From a virus (Duplodnaviria; Caudoviricetes): a stretch of DNA of 64,000 nt. The notes beneath the pieces were generated by a model. That model did no database searches, had not been told where the DNA came from, and saw nothing but the letters and a program-made list of their open reading frames with translations. The stretch lies in the IMG/VR virus record IMGVR_UViG_3300037851_000671, positions 154,773 through 218,772 of that record; one strand, 5' to 3'. Below are positions 9,702-18,515 of this stretch, one piece after another; position 1 is the stretch's first letter; each line of letters opens with the position of its first letter. A program made the translations under genes and the position numbers.

Positions 9702-10454
9702 TCAACCAAGCAGCTTCTTTATCCAGTTCTTGGTGTCATCTATACTTGATACTCTGACGTTATCAAGCCCAATTTCAACAGAAGCATAATCGCACCCTCC
9801 TTCAAATAATGAATCACCAACATAGACAATATCATCTTTTGATATGCGAAGCTGCTGCATCAGCTCGTCAATACCGAACTTCCGGCCACAGGAACGCGGC
9901 GTGAAATCGATGGAGGTCAGGCCAGCTACCTTTACCTCAAAGGTTGGCAATTCCTGCGCAAGGCGAGGCAACACAGCAAGGCGCTTCTTGGCTTCGGGAT
10001 CCCACTTGGCCTTCTCTTCCAGCGGGGCCTTCTGTCCAAGTGCGGAGAAGGTTACCTGTGTTTCGCGGTCTTCTACCTGCTTACCCCAAAGCTTCTCTGG
10101 AGTGAGTTCGGGAACCGCTTTCAACACTGACTCAATAACACGGTGAGCTTTTTCTATCTCCGTCTTTGTTGGGTTGGAATGATATTTAGCTATCCAACCA
10201 TATTTGGACCAAGTTTGATACAGGGCGCCACCAGATGACGCAAGTATGTAAAGGTTATTCAATAGCTTCGTATCTTCGGTACCTATACTTCCAAGGAACT
10301 GTTTCTGGATTGTCTTCCAAGAAAGGCCAGATATAACCGCAACGTTATATTTACCTGTCTCAAGTATTTTCCTTAGCAGTGATGCCATCTCCTTATCGAG
10401 GGGCTGCTTGGACTCAGTAAGCGTACCATTCAAATCAAATACGATTGTTTTCAT
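9702..10454 (-). CDS. HAD-superfamily IIB hydrolase (phosphomannomutase-like)
   Basis: 'IVFDLNGTLTESKQ', 'VAVISG', 'AGLTSIDF', 'YVGDSLFEGGCDY'. Confidence 0.8.
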   Translation of the reverse strand: MKTIVFDLNGTLTESKQPLDKEMASLLRKILETGKYNVAVISGLSWKTIQKQFLGSIGTEDTKLLNNLYILASSGGALYQTWSKYGWIAKYHSNPTKTEIEKAHRVIESVLKAVPELTPEKLWGKQVEDRETQVTFSALGQKAPLEEKAKWDPEAKKRLAVLPRLAQELPTFEVKVAGLTSIDFTPRSCGRKFGIDELMQQLRISKDDIVYVGDSLFEGGCDYASVEIGLDNVRVSSIDDTKNWIKKLLG

Positions 10455-10577
10455 ACTTTGTGCATTTAATTGTGCATGATGTTATTGTTGTTTGAACGGC
10501 CTGTTATCTATCAGGCAGATCAATATCATATGCGTGCCGGGTAGGTTTCTCGACCGGAAAGTTTCTAGCAAGGCCTT

Positions 10578-10620
10578 AAAAGCAAAAGGCCCGTCCGACC
10601 GAAGTCGAGACGAGCCTTTG
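10578..10620 (-). terminator. probable intrinsic terminator ending the Y-RNA/tRNA cluster
   Basis: interrupted hairpin AAAGGC..CGTC.CGAC-cgaa-GTCG.GACG..GCCTTT followed on the minus strand by TTTTGCTTTT. Confidence 0.55.
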
Positions 10621-10641
10621 TTGGTAGCGTGTGTAGTAAAT

Positions 10642-10712
10642 GACAGCGAAAAAAAAGATCCGACCTTTTATTTGGTTTTGAATTCGAGATGAAAGATCGG
10701 TTGCGCGCTGTC
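10642..10712 (-). ncRNA. modular Y-RNA-like element E1 (minimal, no tRNA cargo)
   Basis: GACAGCG-CG..CCGATC-TTTCATC..GGTCGG..TTTTTTTT-CGCTGTC; ends complementary. Confidence 0.75.
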
Positions 10713-10715
10713 TAG

Positions 10716-10788
10716 TCGGGCGGGAGGGATTCGAACCCCCAACTATTCGCTTATGAGGCGACTTTTCTAACCGTTGAAATACCACCCG
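10716..10788 (-). tRNA. tRNA with CAT anticodon (elongator Met or Ile2)
   Basis: acceptor CGGGTGG/CCGCCCG, anticodon loop CTCATAA, T-loop TTCGAAT. Confidence 0.85.
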
Positions 10789-10792
10789 AAAC

Positions 10793-10909
10793 GGCAACGA
10801 AATTATGTAGACAATAGGCCGGCTTTTTACACCGTTTCCAAAGCCTCCGATGGATTCGAACCACCTAGCGCCAATTGATGATAGATGAAATGTCTACGAG
10901 CGCGTTGCC
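10793..10909 (-). ncRNA. modular Y-RNA-like element E2 (T-arm plus hairpin cargo)
   Basis: GGCAACG-CG..GTAGACA-TTTCATC..GGTGGTTCGAATCCATC..TGTCTAC..TTT-CGTTGCC. Confidence 0.75.
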
Positions 10910-10919
10910 AGAAATTAAA

Positions 10920-11054
10920 GAGTAACGAAAATTGCAGGACCACTGTTTTTTGTGCTACAATTACAACACATCCAGCCTTTCGACCGGAGCTGGGATTCGA
11001 ACCCAGACCTCTTAATTCTCAATTTAGGATGAATGATCCCACTGCGCGTTACTC
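10920..11054 (-). ncRNA. modular Y-RNA-like element E3 (circularly permuted tRNA cargo)
   Basis: GAGTAACG/CGTTACTC closing stem; T-arm CTGGG-TTCGAAT-CCCAG; acceptor TCCGGTC/GGCTGGA capped by GAAA; D-arm-like segment follows. Confidence 0.85.
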
Positions 11055-11212
11055 GGTGCTTCGTTCTATGTTTCCACAGAATGAAACGAGAGCGTAAAGT
11101 AAACCGAGAATATTGATAGATTCTCGATTGGGGTTTCTGCACGATGCCTGCTTTTTTGGAGGCAAACGCATATTCTCGGATTGTCTTTGAGACAGTTGAA
11201 AGGTGTTAGAGG

Positions 11213-11413
11213 GTGAGAGCTATGTTTCAGCAATGTACAGCAGTTTCAGATTGTTCTTCTGAAAAAGAGTTAGCCGATTTAGATTCCCACATTCAACAGC
11301 TTAACTTTCGCCTCAGACGTGTTTTGAAGAATGTCAAGACAGTCAGAGAATCTTGCAAAACCACTGCCCAAGTTATTGGTGAGATAAATGGCCACTTCGA
11401 AAACCACAAATGA
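11213..11413 (+). CDS. small coiled-coil hypothetical protein
   Basis: 66 aa ORF overlapping the start of 11388. Confidence 0.35.
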   Translation: MRAMFQQCTAVSDCSSEKELADLDSHIQQLNFRLRRVLKNVKTVRESCKTTAQVIGEINGHFENHK

Positions 11414-12122
11414 TCTTTTCTTAGAGAGACTTGCAGAGGGCTTGGATTCAACATCAAAGCTTACTCATGCTTTATTGTCTGAGATCAGAGATTCTGAAGC
11501 GGATTTTGCCTCCATCAAAACCGAGCTGTCAATACTAAGAGAGAACGTTAAAGGACTGTCAGAGATTGTCAGGGAAGGTAATGGAGCCACATCTATTCTC
11601 ACACGTATTGCGCTTATTGAGGCGCGAATACAGAACATTGAGAAGTGGATGGAAACCCACATCGATCTTCATCAGGAGGAAAACGCTGACGTGAGCAAGG
11701 CTCAGGAACAGCTGAAAGACCTCGATAAGAAGATCGCCGCGTTAACTTCAGTTGTCAATGAACTAAAATCTCACGCCGATGATATTGAGAAGAAGAGGCG
11801 CGAGAGTATAGACCGCGAGCTAGAGCTTCAGCACGAGGACAAGAAGAGCAAGATAGGGGTAGCTGCCGAAAGACAGCAGACCATTATCAAAGTCCTTGGT
11901 GCCCTGTTGTTGGCCGTGCTTGGCGCTGCTGGTGGCTATTTAGCGAATTCTTGTCATGGGACCGCCGGAGCGGCGCAGCCAAGGAGCGTTATTGTTGCCC
12001 CCTCGGCTGCCCCTATCCTAGCTCAACCGGCCGAGCCGATCAAGGAGAATCTGACTCCTCAACCGCCGTCACAGCCGCTTCTTCAGCCTTCGGTTTCTGC
12101 TGTTGCAAAACGAACTCGTTGA
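11388..12122 (+). CDS. coiled-coil protein with C-terminal transmembrane segment
   Basis: heptad-rich body; hydrophobic 'IIKVLGALLLAVLGAAGGYLA'. Confidence 0.55.
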   Translation: MATSKTTNDLFLERLAEGLDSTSKLTHALLSEIRDSEADFASIKTELSILRENVKGLSEIVREGNGATSILTRIALIEARIQNIEKWMETHIDLHQEENADVSKAQEQLKDLDKKIAALTSVVNELKSHADDIEKKRRESIDRELELQHEDKKSKIGVAAERQQTIIKVLGALLLAVLGAAGGYLANSCHGTAGAAQPRSVIVAPSAAPILAQPAEPIKENLTPQPPSQPLLQPSVSAVAKRTR

Positions 12123-13686
12123 GATCAAAATCCCTGATCGCCTTGACAATGTTGATACCAACATACTCAAGGTTCTTGAACAGTGCCGGTGTCATAGTCT
12201 GATACACGGTGACACTACGATCACCGAAATCAGCGCTGTGCCACTGGTAGTTGCTGGCATTGATAACCCAAAGCTCTGCCTCTGGGTTGACCTTCTTGCG
12301 ATACTCAGCCCAAGCCCTTGTCAAAGGAGTGCCAGCGTTCTGCTGCTCATCAGTGATCAAAACCATCAAATCAAGCTTACGCTTGCTGTTGGTTGCGTTC
12401 TCGATTGCCAGAGAAACCGTAGTTCCACCGGCAACCCTGAGAGCCAACAGATTCTTAACCTGATTCTTGCGATTCAGGCCAGTGATCCTTGGGCACATAC
12501 CGCTAGCGTAGCCGTAACGACCTCCGTGACCCTCCTCATACAAGGCGTTATCAAAAGTTGTGAACCAAAGGTTTGTAGCCTTTAGGAATGGCACTGCCAA
12601 CAGACCAGCAGTCTGAAGAGGCTCCCCGTTCATAGAACCAGAGATATCAACAGACACACCAACTCTCTTACCTTCAATGGTAGGCATTGGTACGTCCAAT
12701 GTTGCAACCATTGCATCGATAAGAATGTCCTTGACCTTTTCGTGCTTGGCGAAAATGTATGGCTTTGCAAAGTCAAGCGGAAGAGAGCGGCCATTCTGAA
12801 CCTCTCCCATCTTTAGCTTGAGCGCGGTCAGTCCATCCGTGGTGTCGAAGACATTGCGCTCTTCGAGAGAACGGATGTTGAGCAACAGAGCTGTCAAACC
12901 CATCTGAGTCATCGAGGCCATTGCAAGAGGACCCTTGAGTCCCGCAAAACCCTTAACAACATCCCATGGGATTTCATTTTCCAGCATCATATCAGCGATC
13001 TTCTTTGGATCACTGAGCTTCTTCATCATCTCAACAGCAACCTGCTTGGAACCGGTTGCCTCGGCCTTACGACCGTCCAAGACATACAGAATGACGTTTG
13101 CACGACCGTCTGTATAACGTGGGTGAACCAAACGAACGAGCTGATTCAAAGCAGTTGGATACTTGAGCGTGAAGTTTTCAAGCTTCTTATATCCCCACTT
13201 CTCCATTGCCGCGCGCACCCACTTCTGAGCACGCGAACCAAAACCACGACCCAACTGCTTGCTCTTGCACAGCTCCACGAACTGGATCAATTGACCAGGG
13301 TGGAATGTGCTAAGCAATGCAATAGCTGCCTGCTTATTTACAGGAGAATCCAAGAACTGCTCGTTTGCAGATCCGGCAATGGCAGCAAGAGCTACCTTAA
13401 CCATACCTTTCATATGGCTATTGCGGGCAAAGCAAGCCGCCTTGAGCAGGTACTCAGGGTCCAGCTTCGCGCGGTCAATGAGCAACGGCAGAGCTTCTTT
13501 TGCCGCGTCATCAACAGAGCGATAAAACTGGTTCTTAAGAATACCAGTCAAAAGAACACGAGCAACCGAATCTTCAGGAAGCTCATTCTTGGACAGATAT
13601 TCCGTCTTGGTCACAACCTTCTCAGGCTGACCCAACAGAGCCTTAACAAAAGAAGTGGACTTAACCTTGTTTGTTGTCTTATTCAT
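12040..13686 (-). CDS. rsr: Ro60/TROVE-domain RNA-binding protein with vWA domain
   Basis: 548 aa; TROVE-like helical N-part ('DPEYLLKAACFARN', 'LVRLVHP', 'IPWDVV', 'LTALLLNIRSL'), vWA MIDAS 'VDISGSM', 'GGT', 'LITDEQ'. Confidence 0.88.
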   Translation of the reverse strand: MNKTTNKVKSTSFVKALLGQPEKVVTKTEYLSKNELPEDSVARVLLTGILKNQFYRSVDDAAKEALPLLIDRAKLDPEYLLKAACFARNSHMKGMVKVALAAIAGSANEQFLDSPVNKQAAIALLSTFHPGQLIQFVELCKSKQLGRGFGSRAQKWVRAAMEKWGYKKLENFTLKYPTALNQLVRLVHPRYTDGRANVILYVLDGRKAEATGSKQVAVEMMKKLSDPKKIADMMLENEIPWDVVKGFAGLKGPLAMASMTQMGLTALLLNIRSLEERNVFDTTDGLTALKLKMGEVQNGRSLPLDFAKPYIFAKHEKVKDILIDAMVATLDVPMPTIEGKRVGVSVDISGSMNGEPLQTAGLLAVPFLKATNLWFTTFDNALYEEGHGGRYGYASGMCPRITGLNRKNQVKNLLALRVAGGTTVSLAIENATNSKRKLDLMVLITDEQQNAGTPLTRAWAEYRKKVNPEAELWVINASNYQWHSADFGDRSVTVYQTMTPALFKNLEYVGINIVKAIRDFDLNEFVLQQQKPKAEEAAVTAVEESDSP

Positions 13687-13706
13687 GGTGAATTTCTCCT
13701 ATAAAC

Positions 13707-13861
13707 GCGCCCTGATAAACAGAGCGAAATGAGCCGTTTGCAATCGCCCAACGGCGACGGATTGCTCGCAAACTCTGAAATGGTCACAGCCACTGGAATC
13801 AAACCAGTGTCGGTAAACCCTAGCCATTAACAATAGGTAAATCTATTGTTAAATCAGGCAC
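13707..13861 (-). ncRNA. structured RNA with T-arm-like hairpin immediately upstream of the ro60 gene
   Basis: closing helix CCTGAT/ATCAGG; 10-bp hairpin TTAACAATAG/CTATTGTTAA; ACTGG-TTTGATT-CCAGT; further stems. Confidence 0.6.
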
Positions 13862-13887
13862 TGTGTGTATATCGAATATGCAGTCGA

Positions 13888-14196
13888 TTACTTGCGTTTT
13901 TGACTCTTTGACTTGGACTGTTTAGCCCTTGCCTTCATTGAAGAGTCTTTATCTTTGGCCACATTTCCCTTCGGGGTAGCTCCCTTGGGAGGAGTGGGGC
14001 GCTGCATTTCTAATCTTGGAGTGTTATCCCCACCGAGCCCGAGCATAGCTGGAACCACGGACGGAGGCAAGCCATTTTCCTTCGCCTTGCGCCTTGCGGC
14101 CTTGCGCTTGTTTCTGGCTTGGCGGCGCTTGGTTTGCTGCGCCTCCAATTCAGCAGAAGCTTCACGTATCAACTGATCTACAAGTACGTTGCTCAT
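13888..14196 (-). CDS. basic hypothetical protein
   Basis: 102 aa K/R-rich ORF. Confidence 0.5.
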   Translation of the reverse strand: MSNVLVDQLIREASAELEAQQTKRRQARNKRKAARRKAKENGLPPSVVPAMLGLGGDNTPRLEMQRPTPPKGATPKGNVAKDKDSSMKARAKQSKSKSQKRK

Positions 14197-14236
14197 CTTA
14201 CCTCAACATTCAATTCTGTAGTATGCCCATAACGAT

Positions 14237-14899
14237 TCAAAAATCGTCCATCTGATCTGCGAATTTCGTAATTAGGTTTGACAGGGTATGAGGCTCACGT
14301 TTAATGAGTGCTACATATTCTGTTTTAGAGTTCACAAGCCAGTTCACAAGATCTACTGTGTTTATCGCATCAATCTCAGCAGAGTGCGCCCCAATCTTTG
14401 GAGTTATTCCAATACCAATCAGGAAGTTATTGAGACCAAACTTTACCTTTGGCTCTCCTTGAGCTGCTGCAATTTTTTCAGCAAGTCCATGTTTCTTGAC
14501 AGCTAATTGTGCGTACTGTTTTGTACACAACCAAAGGTCTGCCGGAAATTCTTTGTCACATGACTTCCAGGCCGCGTGACAGAACTTCCTATCAAAAGGT
14601 GCGTTGTGAGCGTAGATACATCTATGCGCTCTGGTTTTGCCATCCTCTTCAAAAAAGGCATCGATTATGTCAATGGCCTCTTTCAATGGGATGCCAACAT
14701 CAAGGTCATCGACAATTTTACCCTGTATTTCGAGGGCTTGTGGACTTGCCCGCTCAGGATTATCAACCTTTATGTCTACTGATAGCTGCTTTCCTGTAGA
14801 AAGTCTTATGACAGAGAATTGGTTAATTTGATGCCATTCACATTTTAGACCAGTTGTTTCAGTGTCTATAATGTAGTATTCTATATCATTCGCGGCCAT
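14237..14899 (-). CDS. DEDDh 3'-5' exonuclease (DnaQ-like)
   Basis: 'IIDTETTGL', 'AHNAPFD', 'HSAEIDA'. Confidence 0.85.
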   Translation of the reverse strand: MAANDIEYYIIDTETTGLKCEWHQINQFSVIRLSTGKQLSVDIKVDNPERASPQALEIQGKIVDDLDVGIPLKEAIDIIDAFFEEDGKTRAHRCIYAHNAPFDRKFCHAAWKSCDKEFPADLWLCTKQYAQLAVKKHGLAEKIAAAQGEPKVKFGLNNFLIGIGITPKIGAHSAEIDAINTVDLVNWLVNSKTEYVALIKREPHTLSNLITKFADQMDDF

Positions 14900-14950
14900 T
14901 GACTATCAACTTTCTAACTTTGAATTGGTTGTCAGACACAACCTCTCGAC

Positions 14951-15214
14951 TCAAAAATTCTTTACGAGCTTGATTAATGAAGATGGGAATTCTTTTACAG
15001 TTGTTTTTATCTTTCTCAACTTTGGCATTGAGAATTCTGGAGGCTGTCTAAGTTTGGCACTTCCTTGCTCTGATATCTTGAGGGCTTCTTTCTCATCCTC
15101 TGCAATAACATCCAAGGTAAGTCTAACAGGAACAATCCCCTCAACAACAACCGTGTATTGCTTTTTCTCTTTGGGTTTATCTTTTGGTTTCTCTTCTTTT
15201 TTCTTTGCGGCCAT
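14951..15214 (-). CDS. hypothetical protein
   Basis: 87 aa ORF in operon. Confidence 0.5.
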   Translation of the reverse strand: MAAKKKEEKPKDKPKEKKQYTVVVEGIVPVRLTLDVIAEDEKEALKISEQGSAKLRQPPEFSMPKLRKIKTTVKEFPSSLIKLVKNF

Positions 15215-15220
15215 GCAAGA

Positions 15221-15607
15221 TCATATACCCCTGGTTATCAGAAAGTTGTCTATTAGATTGGTGAATTCTGAATTGCCGGTGGCTATTGACCTATCTCTGA
15301 GCTGTTGAAGCAGACCAAGATAATGCTTATTCTTTTGCCACTTGTCAGAAAGAAGGCGAAGCTCTTCCTTGAGCTTTCGATTCTCTCTATGCATTTCAAC
15401 AACTGTTTCAAGAGCATCCATCTCTAGTATGTTTAGTTCATAGCAGATGCTTTTTAGTATTGGACCAGCAGCTTTATCATAGTTAGATAACTCATAGTCA
15501 ATAGCCTTAAGCTCTTCTGAGATGGCGTTGTAGACATCATCTCTGACATTTTTCAGAGATTGCTTTGTTACCCTTCTTATTCTTTCCAGTATATCTTCAC
15601 TGATCAT
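15221..15607 (-). CDS. hypothetical coiled-coil protein
   Basis: 128 aa ORF overlapping the thyX stop. Confidence 0.5.
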   Translation of the reverse strand: MISEDILERIRRVTKQSLKNVRDDVYNAISEELKAIDYELSNYDKAAGPILKSICYELNILEMDALETVVEMHRENRKLKEELRLLSDKWQKNKHYLGLLQQLRDRSIATGNSEFTNLIDNFLITRGI

Positions 15608-16566
15608 TTTGCACCGTCCACCGAAGGAATAAACTGTTGGGCAAGGTCAGCAAAATACTCTGGTGTCTTGGCTGTGCTCATGTCCAACTTGAACTTTGGT
15701 TTTTCTATACTGTTGTAAATCTTTTCTCTGAACTCGTCTTGTTCACGTTTACCAAGAACAGGCAAATCAACATTACTAGGCCTATTTTGCTCAAGCTCAA
15801 ATATCATAGTTTGAAGAATTCTCATTTCTTGATAAGAGAATGTACGGGCACAGTAAGCCTGATCCAGCCATCCTTCAAACGCCATTGGAAAACAAATCTT
15901 AACCATGGCCGCCATCACATTGGCAAACTCACGTATCTCCCATTGCGCATGAGAATCGGCACGCAAACCCAACATGTGCAAAAGGTTATGAAGGTCCATC
16001 TTCCAATACCACTCAGTATAGGTCGAAAGAGGAAGATCAATCCTGGCAAGTTCCCTAGCTACTCCACCCTCTATAGCTAAAGAGTACATATCGGAAACTT
16101 CCTTGCGGACGTAAATTGAATCTTCATAGAAATCGTTTATGACATCGTTGCCCAACTCACCATCACGCCCTTGTTTATTACTCTTGCTTTGAGCTTTCAG
16201 ATTCTCTACCTGGGGTGTATAGAACTGAAGTGGCATTACAGAATAACGCCCAGAGTATTCATTCAAGCTTGCTGTTCTATGACGCACAAGCTGTCTTGCA
16301 ACAAAGATAGGAAGCCTCATGTGGAATTTCATTTCCACTTGCTCAAGAGGAGATGTGTGACGGTGTCTAATCAAGTATCTGATGAGTTTTTCATCATCAC
16401 TTGTTGTTTTGGTTCCGGCTCCGTAACTGCAACGAGCCGCCTGAGCAATGGCAGCATCATTGCCGCAATAATCCAGAAGAGCGCAAAAACCGTAATCTAA
16501 TACTGGAAAGTATTTGTTTAGTAAACTTTCTGCTCCTGGGGAGATTGGGCGCAAAGATTCACACAT
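15604..16566 (-). CDS. thyX: flavin-dependent thymidylate synthase
   Basis: 'RHRHTSPLE', 'ARQLVRHRTASLNEYSGRY', 'RELARIDLP', 'HAQWEIR'. Confidence 0.93.
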   Translation of the reverse strand: MCESLRPISPGAESLLNKYFPVLDYGFCALLDYCGNDAAIAQAARCSYGAGTKTTSDDEKLIRYLIRHRHTSPLEQVEMKFHMRLPIFVARQLVRHRTASLNEYSGRYSVMPLQFYTPQVENLKAQSKSNKQGRDGELGNDVINDFYEDSIYVRKEVSDMYSLAIEGGVARELARIDLPLSTYTEWYWKMDLHNLLHMLGLRADSHAQWEIREFANVMAAMVKICFPMAFEGWLDQAYCARTFSYQEMRILQTMIFELEQNRPSNVDLPVLGKREQDEFREKIYNSIEKPKFKLDMSTAKTPEYFADLAQQFIPSVDGAK

Positions 16567-17326
16567 GATTCCACGTCCTTCCATATTTGATATCAGAAAT
16601 TGTACTTGGTGATACGTTGTATTTTTTAGCTAGCATAGGGACCTTGTTTTGTATATCTTGTTTTATAGACAAGACAATGTCTTCGTTTAGTTTTGCGTTG
16701 TGGTGTTTTGAGCCATTTCGCGAGAATGGTTTTATGTGTAGCGTATCAGTGATATGAGTCCAAGAAACTCTTCCAATAATTGAGTGTACTACGGAAATGG
16801 TACACCCAATTTTTTTTGATATGTTTTTTGCGTTTTGCTCACAGTTCCACATATTAACAATTTCTACCACATCATCATCTTTAACAGAAGCGCAATGATG
16901 CTTTTCTCCAGTTTGTGATAGTCCAATTTTGTTTTTTGTAGCCTGTGATAATTTTCTACCAAGATATCGTTTAGATTGCAGATCTCTTCTTTTTTGTGTC
17001 CATGGTATACAATTTGGTGTGTTGGCTTTTTTGCTTGAGTTGAATCCGATTTTGTTATCGTATACTTTAAGGTGGTCTATCCAATACTGCTCCCTATCAA
17101 TTAGGTATTTTGGATCGTTTACCACCTCTACTTTCTCAAAAGTGAAAGAAGCCTCACCATATTTATTCCATGCTCTTTGAAGCCGTATGCAATGATGTTT
17201 GTTTTGTCGTAAACACCTTCTATGCTCATACCATCGTTTATACATGTTTTTAGAAGAGCCAATGTATATTTTACCATTGGATGAACATGTGATCCTGTAC
17301 ACCGCTACAACTCTTGAATTTGCCAT
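16559..17326 (-). mobile_element. GIY-YIG homing endonuclease with NUMOD-like C-terminal repeats
   Basis: 'VYRITCSSNGKIYIGSS', 'EQYWID', 'GEKHHCA', 'GSKHHNAKL'; start taken at MANSR. Confidence 0.85.
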
Positions 17327-17348
17327 ATACCTATGGCAAAATATTACA

Positions 17349-17471
17349 TCAATCAACAAGGCTTACAAATCCATAATCCAATACAGGGAAGTACAGACCA
17401 AACAAAGGCTCTGCAAGTTCGTTCTTACGGAATGTTTTAGCTCTAACATTTGCTATTTCTAACTCAGTCAT
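17349..17471 (-). pseudogene. 40-aa thyX N-terminal fragment
   Basis: translates MTELEIANVRAKTFRKNELAEPLFGLYFPVLDYGFVSLVD*, matching 'KYFPVLDYGFCALLD' of the intact ThyX. Confidence 0.78.
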
Positions 17472-17473
17472 AT

Positions 17474-18502
17474 TCAAACTCCAATCGTTACAACGTCATG
17501 AGGCTTGCTCTCAACAAAACCTGAGTTACTAATCTCAATGAACTCAGGGTTTAGTTTCAAATCTTTCAGATTGTCAACACCTTGATATGACATACCAGAT
17601 GTGATTCCGTCCAAAAGTTTCTCAATCACTTTTTCAGCACTTCCGCGATATGGAACAAGACCAGCAACACCTTCAACGTGTGATGTCTTGTGGGTAGAAC
17701 TCCCTGCGTATTTCTTGTATGATTTGCCATTCAATGTAATGATGTCACCTGGAGCTTCATCAGTCCCGGCTAACAAATTACCAATCATACACAAATCAGC
17801 AAAACACATGGCCTTGACACAATCTCCGCCATTACGAATGCCACCGTCAGCAATAAACATTGGCTGTTCAACATCATCTCGTAAAGCATACCCAATTGAA
17901 TTAGCAACATCATCAAGCGCCGAGAGCTGTGGAACGCCATTGCCAGTTTCAATACGAGTTGTGCAAAGGCTACCGGGCCCAATGCCAACCTTTATTATGT
18001 CAGCTCCAGCTTTCCAAAGGAAATTGGCCCCCTCTGCTGTTGCAACATTACCAGCAATGATTAGAATGTCTTTATGGTTGTCTCTTAGTTTTGAGACAAA
18101 CTTTCCAACACGTTCATGATGACCATGAGCCACATCAACACAGATGATACGACAACCTTTTTCTATGAGCTTGTCTGCAAGCAACTCATCATTTTGCTGT
18201 ATACCAACGGAACATCCTATGTTATTGGTATGGACACCACCATTAGATGCAACAAGCCAGTTTTGAATTATTTCCTGTTGTGTATCAAACCTGTGAAGAA
18301 GCGCTAACCCACCAAGACAAGCGATGGTTTTAGCCATAGAAACCCCAGTAACAGTCTTCATATTGGCAGATATGATTGGTATCCTCAGACCAAAACCTCT
18401 CGGAAGTTTTACTGAAAGATCAACATTTGATCGTGATGGTACACTGCTCTTCTTTGGCTTCAGAAGAACATCATCGAACGAATAGCTTTTAGTAACTTTC
18501 AT
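17474..18502 (-). CDS. guaB: IMP dehydrogenase / GMP reductase family protein (no CBS domains)
   Basis: 'SFDDVLLKP', 'VDVAHGH', 'IAGNVAT', 'KVGIGPGSLCTTR', 'IADGGIR', 'EGVAGLV'; IMPDH vs GMPR cannot be resolved by eye. Confidence 0.8.
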   Translation of the reverse strand: MKVTKSYSFDDVLLKPKKSSVPSRSNVDLSVKLPRGFGLRIPIISANMKTVTGVSMAKTIACLGGLALLHRFDTQQEIIQNWLVASNGGVHTNNIGCSVGIQQNDELLADKLIEKGCRIICVDVAHGHHERVGKFVSKLRDNHKDILIIAGNVATAEGANFLWKAGADIIKVGIGPGSLCTTRIETGNGVPQLSALDDVANSIGYALRDDVEQPMFIADGGIRNGGDCVKAMCFADLCMIGNLLAGTDEAPGDIITLNGKSYKKYAGSSTHKTSHVEGVAGLVPYRGSAEKVIEKLLDGITSGMSYQGVDNLKDLKLNPEFIEISNSGFVESKPHDVVTIGV

Positions 18503-18515
18503 GGCGCTCCAAATG

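Noticed and set aside
10576-11142. Track ORFs at 10576-10797, 10885-11097 and 10915-11142, and likewise 63336-63566, 58190-58618, 61175-61533
   Set aside because: They overlap tRNAs or the structured elements and have no protein-like motifs.
13123-13704. Long antisense ORFs such as 13123-13704, 33081-33806, 47185-47826 and the 5' extension 58902-59189
   Set aside because: Shadow frames opposite or upstream of well-supported genes.
16559-17471. Group I intron in thyX
   Set aside because: No P/Q/R/S core or space for it; the endonuclease stop overlaps a complete thyX start.
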